A stretch of DNA of 64,000 nucleotides from Lytechinus pictus (GCF_037042905.1 NC_087246.1:2482001-2546000), one strand, 5' to 3'. Positions 35,458 to 49,032 are shown, counted from the first letter of the stretch. Numbers and translations: made by a program. The notes: generated from the letters alone by a model not told the origin.

Positions 35458-37807
35458 TGTCAGGAAAGAAATTTAATTCTAAATGTGTTCGATTAGAGTT
35501 CAAACATGTGTTTAAAATATTTACTTGGTCCAGGATAGGTTAGGCCTGTTAACAAGCATGTACATATGTTTTGAATATTTCAACCCCCCCCCCCCCTCTT
35601 TCGAGTACAAGTGTACCAGGTTTATGTCATATTTTATTAGATGAAGCATTTTAATAGAGGTGTCATAAATAGCCAGTAAAGTGCTCTAGCATTGATGAGT
35701 GTAGATATACAGATACACAGGAAGTGTCATTTATTAATAAGAATGTATTTATGCACTCATCTGCTATTGAAATTCTTTGAATTACTTTATAGAAATTTTA
35801 AAGTTAGTCCTACAGTAGGGTATATTAGGAGGTTAATTTCAGTAATTCAGGGAGAACCACCTAAGCTAGCATAGACTACAGATGTTTCTATAGGCAGTCG
35901 AAGTTAGAACTGAGGGACTACGTCGGTGACGAGATAACGACCCCAGCTGCCGCCGCACAGTGGGCCGGGGCGAAACAAAAGTGCGCCAAAAGTCATTTTG
36001 GGCAATTTCAGATTTTTAATTTTTGTCATGCCCAGCTGAAAGACAACACTTTGAAGAATACTTCAGCAAAATATTTCATTCGGGAATTTGCATAAAGGTT
36101 GTTAATTTCCTACCTCAAATCGTAAAATGTGAAATTTTGCGAAATGCCGCGTGTATGACAACTTAGGTGAAAAACAAGCAATTTCACGGGAGGTTTTTCA
36201 TGGATGAATCTGAAATGGCACCCACATAATCCTGATATATTCTTTTTTTCGTGTGAAATGGTTCAAATTAGAAAAAAGACACATTTCAGGAGGTTTATAG
36301 AACAAAATTATTCCTCGAAATAGGCTGATAATCCATGTTTTTAGCATTTACATAAGAAACGTTTATATTTCCGTGGATTTCCTTTTAAATTCTATCATCA
36401 TCAGTTTGCCAGATGTCTAAGCTTTAAGTCGATACCAAATTTAGCTGCCCGTTTTTGCCCGTTTTCATGTTAGAGCCGATTTTACTTGGCACAACACCCC
36501 CAAAACCTGTTAAAAAACGGTCATTTTTATACCGCGCAGTCATCGCAGCGCACCGTGTGTGGTGTACATCGCCGTTCATTTTTGCACGGCGAGGACGATT
36601 CCCCCTTCCAAGTCCATGAAAAAGACATGAATTCCGGGCATAATGCAAACAAAATAAAGGTTGATAACGCATATAAGGGCTCCCCGCCCCTCTTCCAGAG
36701 ATAAAATTTACTTGTAGAATAATTTCAGCCAAAAGCCCTCCTCACAGTAAAACATTCGTGGTCCTATATACTCTGCGTTTTACCCAAGTCTACACCGCTT
36801 GATAAAGCACGGTTAATATTTTTCAGATTTTTAAGTATTTTTTTAATCTAAAGATCACTTTGATGCCATATAATCATTTTCAGGATCTCATACACACTTG
36901 TTGGGCATGTGAGAAGCATAAACCAACATTCCCTCTGGTCAATCTTAAAGTAACACATAACACAAAGTTTATATACTACACATTGTTTAGCGTAATTTGT
37001 CTTTTCACAGATAGGTTTTAAGTAGCCAATCAAAATTTTGTATCAAAGTGACGTCATATCGGCTTTAAATTATGTTCAGTCGATTCTACGCCCAAAATTA
37101 CCCTTAATCAACATGTTTAAGTAAAAATATAACACGGAATATAATTTTGACGCACTTTCAACTCATTCTGGCCCACTGTGCGCCGGTTCTCCACCGACAT
37201 GATTCGTCAAAACTCATGTCATTATTGGGGGCTCGATCTCGTCCACTAATTCGTTGAAGCCACATCTCTGATCTGGGGGCTACTCATCGAGGGGCAACAC
37301 AGTCTGCGGAGGCCGAGGCCGATTGGAAGAGACATCGCTAGCTGCGGAGGCCAGGAACTGGACCGACCACCAGGGCCGAGTAGTCTGCAGGCACAGACCC
37401 TGATTGGAACTTTGATCAATAAGTGTGCCTCCACGCAAAGACTAGCACATACAAAACTTGCTGTTCCAGCCTTCAGTACACAAGGCATGAGTAGGCTGCA
37501 CATTCAGACCCTTAACTCGAGTGAAGGGTTTGCCCAGCAGACTAAGGGCCGAGTGGGGCATGTCAGGCCAGATGAGATGATGGGGGCTAGAGTCAACGAT
37601 TACCATTAAGTTAAGTTGTATTTTGTTATATCTATGTGTATTTTCATGTACAATTATTGTAAACCTAATCAAAAAGAAACCACAGAATGACAATAGAGAT
37701 TTGATTAAAATCTTTTTAATAACTGTATTCATCAGTTTTACGTATTCTTTATTTGGTGTCAAGCAGCAGTAGATAAATAATAAAAAAAAGTCACTTCCCA
37801 CGTGACA
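35458..37807. mobile_element. Solo LTR (~1.1 kb net) interrupted by a Transib-like element
   Basis: TGTCA...TGACA termini with 5-bp TSD GGATG at 35453-35457 and 37808-37812. Confidence 0.7.
35956..37180. mobile_element. Non-autonomous Transib-like element
   Basis: CACAGTGGGCC TIRs; exact GC-rich 5-bp TSD CGCCG. Confidence 0.88.
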
Positions 37808-38968
37808 GGATGTCGATCGGTTTTGGTTTGGGGAATGACTGACAAAATACCGATATATGATTTGTACGAGAGATATTTTTCTTTTAGTTTAGGGGAGGGG
37901 GGAGTCAGTGACTTTACGAGTCTAAAGAAATTAGGATACCATGCAGAAATGGCGTAAAGGGCAACATTTACAAAAATATGCGAGCGAGCGAAGTGAGCTA
38001 GCAAAAAATACCTTTTTAAAACAAAATCTATTTTTGTCAAAGATTTATATTTCACCGTTTTTCTTTCTATTTTCCTTCTTTCTCGTCACATATTACGTCA
38101 GCGGAGGGGGTAGTCCTAAGACCAATGTTTTGAAGTATATTATTGCTGGACTTATTTTACAACAAAACTAGGTACTTCGTAAGGAAAAGATCAAATAGTG
38201 CGAAGCGCGAACTGATTGTTTTTTATAAAAAAAAATGACAGCCATTTGAGTGGACTCTTATCAGTTCCCATGGCTATTTCCCTTCAATGCAATCTTCATT
38301 AAAAGATTTCATTTCTCATTTTTGTTTGTACGTTCTCTACTAAATTAAAATCATGATCCTCTATTAAACAAAAATGAAGAGTGATATTCAAAAGTGAGTT
38401 AGAATAAACGGGGCACATCAAATTAAGAGCTTTGTTACGGGAGGGGGGGGGAGTAAATTTCAAAAAGATAATGTCATGTATATAATCTGTCTGGACAGAT
38501 CGAATTACTAAGACCTTCCTCCGCCAAAGAAATGCCTGGGAACCAGTAGAGGTATCTTGGTCGAGGAAGGTCGGAGTATTTCTGTCCAGACGGGCACTAT
38601 ACTTTGCCTTTCCTCCGAGTGGGTTTCCAACCAAAACAGCCTGTCTTGGTCCTGATAAGAGAAATATCTTTGGAATTTAATCTATTTATAATAGAATTTC
38701 ACTCCGACTAGTCTGATCAAGGCTAATGCTATTTTATCCTAGTGTCACGAATTTCTATTTGTAGTATAATATCAACATTCTCGGTATTCACTGAGAGCAT
38801 GGACCTACTTGCTAGTAGGTCCATGCTGAGAGTAAAGCCTTCTCGAGCTTGTAATGGTCCTTGGCATAGTTTGCGGGATGTCTACATCTCGTTCTGCCTG
38901 AGCGTCCTTCCAACATTCCCAGCAGTGCCTGATTCCCAGCTGAGGTCAGAAATATTATTTATAACCAG

Positions 38969-40904
38969 GGGGGGTATTCTGAAAAGTCTCGTAAGTTTCC
39001 ACTTAAGTTTCCTCATAAGTTACCCATTTAATGGAGCGCTAATGTACCTCCAAATTCGTATTCTGAAAACTCTATTAGCGCTCAATTAACTCCCTTTAGG
39101 CCACGCCCCTACTGAGCCGAATTAGCCAATCAAATGCGCTCTTACAACGTCAAATTTTCTCCAAGCGCGTAGTGTCTCTTCACTTTGCTGGCTTGCGCAG
39201 CGCAGCGCCCGGCTGCTGCAGGTGGACTGCACCACGATATTGATACAAAAAATTTTTGCTGAAAAATAATGCATAAAGCATTTGCATCGGAGATTAACAG
39301 GAGGGTCATTATGTTGTTGAAGCTAACTGTTGTCTTTTCCCTTTCTCTCATTTATTGTACCTTTGTGATTTTCTCTTTTTTTTCGAACGCGTTCTGATTT
39401 CACATCCACCTATTGTAGCTTTCTTTGTTTTGTTTTTTTTTACAATATTTTATTTGCCTCTGTCTCGGGGTCATGATGGGGGGGGGGGTTCTTCTTTAAC
39501 TTAATTCCTACTTATTTTAAAAATAACATACTTTTCATTTTTATGAGAAATCTTCTTCAACAAAATGCTGATTTGAATAAAATGATTTTAAAAATCAAAC
39601 TAGCATAATCGTTAAAAAAGCCGAAATTTTATTGAAATTGGATGTACAAATGTTATGATATTTAAGATTTTATAGGTGGGGAAAACGATGGCATCCCTCA
39701 CTATTTTTTTTCTTTTGTACCAAAGGGGTCAATGCTTATTTTTTCATTGTCGGAAACAAGGTTTGATTCCCCCCTGAACATTGCTGCATCTATTGTTACT
39801 TGGCAATCTCATTATTGTCAAAATAATGTGCAAAAATACTTTATGATGCTTATAATAAAATAAAATATAGAAAAATAATAGTGCATATTTCCCCTATAAG
39901 TACACAATTTCTGTTTTCTTTTTCCTTCTTTTCTAATTTCTTTATTACCAAATATAGCCCCCATTCCTTATTTTACTTGTATAAATTGTGAATATTTTTT
40001 GAACAAATTTAAGCCTGAAACATATTGTTTAAAAGTCCGCCAAGTTTGGACACCCATACCACCTTCTTTCCCTTTATTCCCTTTTTATACCTTTCTCCTT
40101 TATTCTCTTGCTTCCTCCTAAATTTGGTCGCAGTATTAAACCGATTTGATGATATTTATACGAAATGAAAGCCACATTTAGCAAGAGAAAATGAGACTTA
40201 ATGGACCTCTTATCACCATTATCTTTCCCCACTGGAAAGTCCGCTAATTGAGCGCTAAGAGACTTTTCAGAATACCAAAAGTCTCGTAACTACTCAATTA
40301 AGTCTTCGCGCGGTCATAACGCGTACTGTTGCAAGTGCGCGCAACGCAACCCTGCCAAATAAGGAAAGGGGCACTTGATACCGTGTTTACACTTAATCGG
40401 CATTTGAATCGGCTCGCGGTTCTGAACCGCGAGCCGATTCAGCATCGGCTTTTTCATAGCGTGTAAACGCGAGCAACTTGAATCGGCTCGCGGTTCAGAA
40501 CCGGCAATTTGCACCACCAAAGTAGTAGGTTCTGAACCGCGAGCCGATGCAGAATCGGCTTTTTTACTACGTGTAAACAGAAAGCCGATTCTGCACCGGC
40601 AATTTGTGCGCATTTCAATTACTTTACCATTGTGACGTAATTGTAAGCGCACTGATCCAGCGTTGTCTTTATTATGACGTATATTGTAGGTATGCGTATC
40701 ATTTCAGGTTTTTGCATCGGCTCGCGGTTCTGAACCGCGAGCTGTAACAACGTGTAAACGCAATCCAAATGCCGATTCTGCATCGGCAATTGGTTCAGAA
40801 CCAAATGCCGATTAAGTGTAAACACGGTATAAGTGACTTTTCAGAATACCAAAATGCTTATTGAGCGCTAATTGACCGCTAATTGAGCTTTCAGAATACC
40901 GCCC
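38969..40904. mobile_element. PIF/Harbinger-like MITE with nested inserts
   Basis: GGGGGGTATTCTGAAA ... TTTCAGAATACCGCCC, flanked by CAG/CTG; repeated subterminal TTTCAGAATAC. Confidence 0.6.
40379..40829. mobile_element. PIF/Harbinger (Tourist)-like MITE rich in palindromes
   Basis: TACCGTGTTTACACTTAATCGGCATTTG perfect TIR; flanks TGA/TAA; repeated ATCGGCTCGCGGTTCTGAACCGCGAGC. Confidence 0.8.
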
Positions 40905-41092
40905 CTGGGCCTCGCTCGTCAGGAGCGACAGCTTCGCTTACGTAACGGCGAGGATAATCTCTCAGTCGCGTGCGACCTCGCCCAGAGATGACAGATCTCT
41001 GTCGCATGCGACCTCGCCTGACCTCACGCCGATGACAGTTCTGTTTTGCATCAGCAGGGTCGGTCTCGCTCGCTCATAAAAAGAGTCTGCCT

Positions 41093-41156
41093 CAGTGGCG
41101 TACCTAGGATTTTCCACAGGGGGGGCAAAATCGGCCGCCAAAAAATTTGACAAGCC

Positions 41157-41187
<31 letters not shown>

Positions 41188-41234
41188 TCTTCAATAAAAA
41201 AATTTTGGTTCTCGTACCAGAAAATAATTTGACA

Positions 41235-41273
<39 letters not shown>

Positions 41274-41545
41274 TCTTCAATAAAAAAATTTAGGTTCTCG
41301 TACCAGAAAATAATTTGACAAGCAAAAAAAAAAAGGACTTCAATAAAAAAATAAAGGTTCTCGTACCAGAAAATAATTTGACAAGCAAAAAAAAAAAACA
41401 GGTCTTCAGGCTCTTCAGGGGGGGCAAAAAAGGTCTTTTAAGCTCGTCAGGGGGGGCAGGTATATGTCTTTTGTATGGGTTGTGGCTCGTCAGGGGGGGG
41501 CAGAGTGCCCCTCTGCCCCCCCCCCCCCCCGTAGGTACGCTAGTG
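41093..41545. mobile_element. hAT-like MITE with four internal poly(A)-containing tandem units
   Basis: CAGTGGCGTACCTA ... TAGGTACGCTAGTG; exact 8-bp TSD GTCTGCCT. Confidence 0.88.
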
Positions 41546-42979
41546 GTCTGCCTGCAGTCGCGTGCAGCCCATCTAGGCCGAGGACGAATGTTGTTCTTGA
41601 GAGGAGAGAAATTAGCTCAAGGATACTTAATACTTATAATAAATGTGATTTGTAATGCGCCAAATCCACTCGGCAGAGTGCCGAAGGCGCAGTGAAAGAA
41701 AGAAAGAACGAAAGAGAAAAAGTACAATTATAATAGTACTTTGCTTGATCTCTCTCTCTCTATAAAATTAGTGGTAATTCGCTTTTGGGGAGAGTTTTTC
41801 GGGATATGTCTTGGAGTTCGTTTCAATCGACTGTAGTTGGGTTGTGCCTTATTCTTCGAACGTGTTATTAATAAATGGACATGTTCTCTTTATCTTCAAT
41901 TCGCTGCTCCTCTTAAAGGGATGGTCCGGGCTGAAAATATTTATATCTGAATAAAAAGAGTAAAATCCACATAGCAAAATGCTAAAAAAAATCATCAAAA
42001 TTGGATACTAAATAATGAAGTTATTGAATTTTAAAGTTGATCAATATTTTGTGAAAACAGTTATATGCACATCGTCATGAATATTCATTAGGTGGGCTGA
42101 TGGTGTCACATCCCCACTTTCCTTTATCTTATGTTATTGCATGAAATCATAAATGTTTCATTTTTCGTACATGTGTAAATGATGTGTCGCCATTGTGATG
42201 AAATAAGTTGCGGCAATAAATAACTAATGCACTTAATCAGTTTTCAATCCATTGATTTAGTTCTTGGTAGAAAAATTTTGATTAAACCTAATTACATATA
42301 ATAAAATACAAAAGAACAAGTGGAGATATGACAGCATCAGCCCACCAAATGAATATTCATAAAGACATGCTTAGAGCTGTTTCACCGGAATAAGGCAAAT
42401 CTTTAAAATTGATTGATTGATTCATTCATTTATTTCCACACTTCATAAAAAGAACAATACAGTGTAAAGATGGTCTTACAGATTACAGTACAATATATAC
42501 ATGAATATTCCAATGCATAAAGAAAATGTACACTACACAAAACAATAAACCAAAATCTGAACAATTCTTAAATCAGACAAGAAGAGAAACATATTATGTA
42601 AATGGGGGGGGGGGATAATTAAGGTTAAAAACTTTTAAAATAATCCCAATTTTTGTCAAGAAAAGTTTGAGTTTTGCAGAGAAAGACTAGGGGAAAAATG
42701 TAATTGAGGTAACTTAGTCTAGGAAATTAAAGTTTTTGTAGAAGAAATGTTGTAAGTTCATACTTTTACATCTTCGGAGAAACTTTTCCAGAATACAGGA
42801 CCATTGTGAATTATTGGCTTTCGGGATAAGAATAATTTCCCACATGAAACACGGTAATCAGATTTTCTTCTAGTATCATAATTGTGAATATCAGAATTTT
42901 TACAAAATAGAGAATCAAAATTTATTGGAAGTAATTTCTTGTAGTATAAATACATAAAGATACCAAGATTGTAACTATA

Positions 42980-43950
42980 CAGTGCGTATCAAAAGAAAGT
43001 TTACACTTAGAAAAAATCCTGTAAAATTATACATTTTTAATATCCTGAAGATTTTTCCACATTTTGATATTGGTGCAGATCCATTTAACCAAATGACGAT
43101 ATAACTGTCGAAAAATATTTCTGCTTGAGTGAGCACCACTTACTTTTGAAAAGTTAGTGAAAAATGATTTGCGCAGAACTTTGAAATAGTTATGCGAATA
43201 AAAGTATACCTTAATCATGAAGAACAAGTGAAATTTATGATTTGAAGATATCTTTTACCTTTTTAAACTTGTTTCCTTGTCCAAAACACTTCGAAGAGTG
43301 CATTGCGCCCCACCCCACTCCCCCCACAAACCGAGGCCATCGTGACGATATTTGCTTTACACTGAGCTGTGATTTACATGAAATGGCTTGGGCTAGATTT
43401 TGAATTTGTTAATCATTGTCAAGCTTGGAAAAGTGTGGAGAAACAAGTATTAAATGAAATGTAAACCCACTTTCAATGATAAAACTTGTGAAAAAATGCT
43501 GGAGATGTCTGATACAAACTTTTGTGTAGATTCAGTTATGTCCTCAGATCCAGCTTGCACAAAAAGGGTAAAGGTCGTGCTTACTAAGTGTTGAAATTTC
43601 AATTTGGGTGGCAAAATTGTTACAAAATGCTTGAATGTATCCGTTTTATTTCAATTGACTAAAATTGCAAGGGAAATGTATGAGAAATGTTTCGCAGGGT
43701 AAGTTTGATTTTGCCCTTTTCCCTTGACACAGCATGAAAACGAGCATTTCTGCGCAAACAGATTTCTGCGAGCTTTACAAAAATGGACAGTGCTCACTCA
43801 AGTGTAACATTCTGTCAAAACTGTTACTTTTATCAGATAGATGAGACCCAAACCCAAGATTATATGTGAAAAATTACCCACATTTTGTATATTTTTTAAT
43901 TCCCATGCATGGCTTTTTCAAAGTGTAAACTTTTTTTTTGATACGCACTG
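42980..43950. mobile_element. Tc1/mariner-like MITE inserted in the LINE
   Basis: TA|CAGTGCGTATCAAAA..GTTTACACTT ... AAGTGTAAAC..TTGATACGCACTG|TA. Confidence 0.9.
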
Positions 43951-45962
43951 TATAATTAATACACAGGCAATATTTTAAACTTAAGAATTAGTGAAGGCCA
44001 TGTCTTTTCCTCATATGAATGTTATGTTTGGTGATTTTAATTGTGATTATTTCCAATGTTTTTGTTTATTTAATATGTAGCGCCTTGAGTAATGATCCAT
44101 TAGAAAGTGCGCATTAGAAATACTTATTATTATTATTATTATGGAGCAGTGTGAGCTCTGAAACCAGAATAAGATATTATTCTGATTACTCTTTTTTGTA
44201 AAGTTAAAGTTCTATCTAATAAATATTTATTTGAAGACCCCAAACAATAATTCCATAATAAAGATATGATAATATTAAAGTGTTATAAAGCATTAAGACA
44301 ATATTTTGTGAGACAAATTCGCGTAATCTATTTAAAACACCTATATTTCTAGAAATAAGGGAGTTTATCTTGTTAACATGACTTTTCCATTTTAAATTAT
44401 CATCAATGTAAATTCCAAGAAATTTTACACTCTCCACCCTTTCTACTTCAATATCATTAATATATAATTTAACATATTTTTTTATGTACATTGTTTCTAC
44501 TGATGATCATAAAAAATTTTGTTTGAATATTCAAAGCTAAATTATTAACAGAGAACCATTCCTGTACTTTATTAAGTTCATTATTCATATTTTGCTGTAA
44601 ATAACCTATGTCACTGTGGCTAAAAAATACATTTGTGTCGTCAGCAAAAAGAACTAATTTTAATAAATTAGAACAGAGATGAAGATCATTAACATATATA
44701 AGGAAAAGAAGAGGACCGAGGATTGAACCCTGCGGTACGCCTATCGATACTTTTTTAACTCAGAATTACATGAATTATAAAGAACACATTGCTTTCTATT
44801 ACTTAAATAATTGTGTATTAATTTAAGGGCAATACTTCGTATTCTATAAAAAGATAATTTACTAAGCAATATGTCATGGTTAATACAATCGAACGCCTTT
44901 TTTAGATAATGAACACTCCAAAAGTTATTTCGTTATTCTCATAAGCATTTATAATGTCATTTAAGGAATCTATGAGATCATGAGATGTACAACATTTTTC
45001 TCTAAATCCAAATTGTTTTTGATAAAGTATATGATTATTATTGAAATATGTAATTAGCCTAGTGTAAATACATTTCTCCAGCACTTTGGAGAAACATGAT
45101 AATAAGGAAATTGGCCTATAATTTGAGAAAACATTTTTTGGACCAGATTTATATACAGGAATAACGTGTGGTATTTTACAACTATCAGGAAATATACCTT
45201 CTTGAATACATAAATTGAAAATAAAGCAAAATGGTTTACATAAAATATGAATAGTCCTTTTTACAACAACATTTTCAACACCATCAATTCCTGGGGCTTC
45301 TCCATTCTGTAAGCAATTGGCAATGTTAATAATTTCCTTTTCAGTAATTGATTTGAGAAATAAAGAACAAGGCAGGGTATTTTTCAGGTAAAAACTATAA
45401 TCAATATGACCTCTTGTAATTTTGTCAGTGATAGTATGTCCAAAATTGGTAAAATATTCGTTAAACGCATGTGCACTGTAATTTTCATTTCTGATTTCTA
45501 TTTAATTATTTCTAAAAACTAAGTTATCAGAAGTTTCAGGTTTCTGTTTGTTTAATAAACCATTTATAACTTTCCATGTTTTGCAAAGATTATTTTTTAC
45601 TTCATTAAATATAGAATAATAAAATTCTTGTTTAGTTTTTCTAACAAGACTCATATTCATTCTTAAAAGATTTATATTTTGCCTTTTTATTATCCGTAGG
45701 TTTCTTTATGAAGTTTGCATACAACCTGTTCTTCTTTCTATACATACGTTTGAGTGTGATTTTAAACCAATAATTTTTTTGCTTTCGGCTTGCCATCTCT
45801 TTTAATGGAAAACAAATGTCATATATTTCCAGAATAATTTTCATAAATTCATCATATAGCAAGCTAGGGTCAGCAATATCATGACTGTCATGAATACAGG
45901 AAAAGTCAATCTCTGATATTCTTTGTAAGAACATGAGGATGCTATTTTCAGTAATTTGCCGT

Positions 45963-46580
45963 TTATAAATTTTTTACTTGACTTCGTTGGTAACGAATAA
46001 TCAAAAATAGAAAATATTGGTATTGTTTGAAAATATTGAGAATATTTAGATCATAAAATAAAGGAGCAGAGTGATAAGTATGATGGTTGAACGTCATTAT
46101 TCTAGCTATTCTTTTTTGAAGTAATAATACAGGGTTCAGGGTTGATTTGCACGTCCCACCCCAAACTTCCAGACCATACGTTATATGTGGTAAAATAAAT
46201 GAGATGTATAACATAACTAAGATTCTCTTTGTTACATAATTCCTCAATCTATAAAGTATTCCAATTTTTTTGCTTAGCACATTGCACACAATGTCAACCT
46301 GTTTCTTCCATGTAAGATTTTTGTCGAAACATATACCAATAAATAATGTTGATTCCTCACACTCTAATAAAGTTCCTTTCAGTGACAATTGTCCTGATAT
46401 TAAAATATTTTTTCGTCTATTTTTAAACAACATATATTTAGTTTTCGTAACATTGATTGTCAATTTGTTGGCATTGCACCATGCTATTATATTGTTTAAA
46501 TTAAGACTAATTTCTGATAAATCAATATGTTGTTCATCACAATTGAAAGTATGAAAAAAATTTGATGAGTTTGCCATCAT
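45963..46580 (-). pseudogene. Second CR1/L2 ORF2 fragment (post-RT region) embedded within the first LINE
   Basis: WCNANKLTINVTKTKYMLF..LTWKKQVD..LPHITYGLEVWG duplicates the domain at 44216-44560 but sits between the APE and RT regions. Confidence 0.75.
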
Positions 46581-47821
46581 GATGACATCATTTCAAGAAA
46601 TTCGTTAACATAATTCAATTGATCCATCTTTTTTATATATCTATATTGTAATCACCCAAAAATATACAATGTTTGTGCTCACCATTAACCTTTTCAACAA
46701 TATTGGTAAGAACATTAATAAATTCATTGATTGACTTTTCAGGGGGTCTATAAAATACTCCATTTATGAGGTTTCTACCCAGGTTAGGAGTTTCAATAAA
46801 GCAGCTTTCACATGTATCACAAAAATATTAAGATCACATCTGTTTACAAAATCAATACTTTTTTTAATACAAAACCAACACCACCGCCATATCTTTTATG
46901 ACGGCCTAATCCGACATATCTATAATCTTTCAAAATATATTCTGGTGCAGTGTTCTCTTTAATCCAAGTTTCAATAACTTTGTTATTTGTTATCCGATTT
47001 TGATCAAATTTTCAGCATTTTGCTCTGTGAATATTACTCTATATATTGAGATATAAATATTTCTAGCCTGGACCATCCCTTTAAGTGAAAGAACACTAAC
47101 ACGTGCAAAGATAAAAGATTTACAAGTCATATTTGGCGTGAATTATAGATTTATATACAGAGTCTATGAGAGAGGAAGAAACGAACACTTGGTAGTTTCA
47201 GTGAGATCTGTGCGAGCTTACGTTATAGCGGTTTAGTAATTTTCAACCCCCTTATAAATTTCGTAACACTATATTCAAGTAAATAGATATTCTACTAGCA
47301 TTTCGGGGGATTTTTGGTATCAATGTGTGCAATTGTTTTTTGTTATAACTAAACAAACATGAATGATGTGCGCCCCATACGGTGCGCTGTGGTGACAGAT
47401 GAAAATGGATCTTCCTTTTTTAATGAGTCGCCCGGCCTTGTTATGCATTTTCTTTGCAAACGGTCATATTTTTTTCTCTTGCTGAATCATAAACAACATT
47501 AAACAACATATGCATATTGAAAATTAGGAAGAATATTAGAATAATATTGGATGGTGATATAAAATGTTAAAGATGGGCCATGAAGCAGCCACTTCCTTAC
47601 TTTCATTTGTGCCCATTTCGTCAATCTGATTGTTCCATTATTAATTTTATATTTCCACATCTTGTCACTGTGAGCTTTATTGTATCCCTGAAGAAGACGT
47701 GGGATTTACGTCAAAAATTTGGACTTAGAAATAAACTCTGTTGGAACTTGGAACTAGTATAATGCATTACCTCTTTGCCTCTTTTATCTCATATATGTCC
47801 AACACGCGAAATGTAATATCG

Positions 47822-47868
<47 letters not shown>

Positions 47869-47871
<3 letters not shown>

Positions 47872-48691
47872 TGCGTCCCAGAAAAAAACGAAACCGAGAT
47901 TAAATAGATATATCATTACTTAATCACAGTAGACAAATGACCTACCAATGTAAAGCTTAGAATCTCCTCTTTCATCTGATATTACTTAGATTATTCCTTA
48001 TTCACGCACGAGTGAGCAAAAACAATTTGAAGAAAGGATACCAAAAACTCATTTGGCGGGGGGTATCTGAATTTCAAAAAGAAAATAACATGCCTAAAAA
48101 GTTCAATATCTGCTCTTTTATTTGATACCTTAATCACAAAAAAATTGTCAAGAAGTAAAAAAGTTATGTTCCCTCGAAACAATGCTTGTATTTCCATAAT
48201 TTCATTAAATAAACGTGTTTTCACCGGTTTCCCACAGAAGCTATCGCATGGTTAACAAAAGACTTAACATGCTTAATGCATGGCTGATCGTCAACAAAAC
48301 GGAGTGTCGAGTGAGTTCGAACGCTAGCTTGTAAAACCTCTTCATTTTATGAAATTATTGAAATTCAAGCCTTATTTCAAATAACCAGAACTTTGTTATT
48401 TCTTGACCATTTTCTGTAATTGAGGTATCAAATTAAAGAACAGATATTGAACTTTTTTTAAATGTGGTTTTCTTTTTGAAACCCAGATACAGCCCGCCTA
48501 ATGACTTTTCGGTATCCCCTCTTCAAATTGTTTTTGCTCACTCATGCCTGAATGAGAAATAATCTTAGTAATTTCAGATGAAAGAGGAGATTCTAAGCTT
48601 TACAATGGTAGGTCATTTGTCTATTGTATTTGTGATTAAGTTATGATAAATCATCAATAAATCTCGGTTTCGTTTTTTCTGGGACGCACTG
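47869..48691. mobile_element. Tc1/mariner-like MITE inserted in a (TA)n microsatellite
   Basis: TA|CAGTGCGTCCCAGAAAAAAACGAAACCGAGATT ... AATCTCGGTTTCGTTTTTTCTGGGACGCACTG|TA; long inverted arms. Confidence 0.9.
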
Positions 48692-48841
48692 TATATCTAT
48701 CTATATATATATATATATATATACAGGGGCGTCGATTCATTTTTCAGATGGGGGTGCAAATCATGAAACAACGTTCCAAAGGAACTCGATAACACAAAAC
48801 AAACTCACACCCACATACACACACACACATATACCTATATA

Positions 48842-48892
<51 letters not shown>

Positions 48893-48953
48893 AAGTAGAA
48901 ATTAGTGTAACTTCATGCACTACATATCTGTTTCGTAGGAACAGCACGAACGC

Positions 48954-49032
48954 TGGTCCCACTCTTCAGGTACAAAGTGAAGTGATTTACCTACACTAAA
49001 TCACTTCACTTTGTACCTGAAGAGTGAGACCA
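48954..49032. repeat. Near-perfect hairpin (36-bp stem with 1 mismatch, 7-nt loop)
   Basis: TGGTCCCACTCTTCAGGTACAAAGTGAAGTGATTTA-CCTACAC-TAAATCACTTCACTTTGTACCTGAAGAGTGAGACCA. Confidence 0.9.

Larger units (their letters stand above)
42411..46970 (-). mobile_element. Decayed CR1/L2-clade LINE ORF2 (APE endonuclease + reverse transcriptase) with stops and frameshifts
   Basis: APE motifs GGGVG, GVFYRPP, LGDYNID (~46640-46890); RT motifs GVPQGSILGPLLFLIYVNDL and LFADDT (~44630-44740); microsatellite tail at ~42411-42430. Confidence 0.92.
41917..47080. mobile_element. Kolobok-like MITE split by a LINE (pieces ~41917-42410 and ~46971-47080)
   Basis: TTAA|AGGGATGGTCC(G/A)GGCT ... AGCCTGGACCATCCCT|TTAA. 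Confidence 0.85.

Noticed and set aside
38743..41880. Possible second LTR starting TGTCACG at ~38743
   Set aside because: No matching ..TGACA end with a TSD could be found
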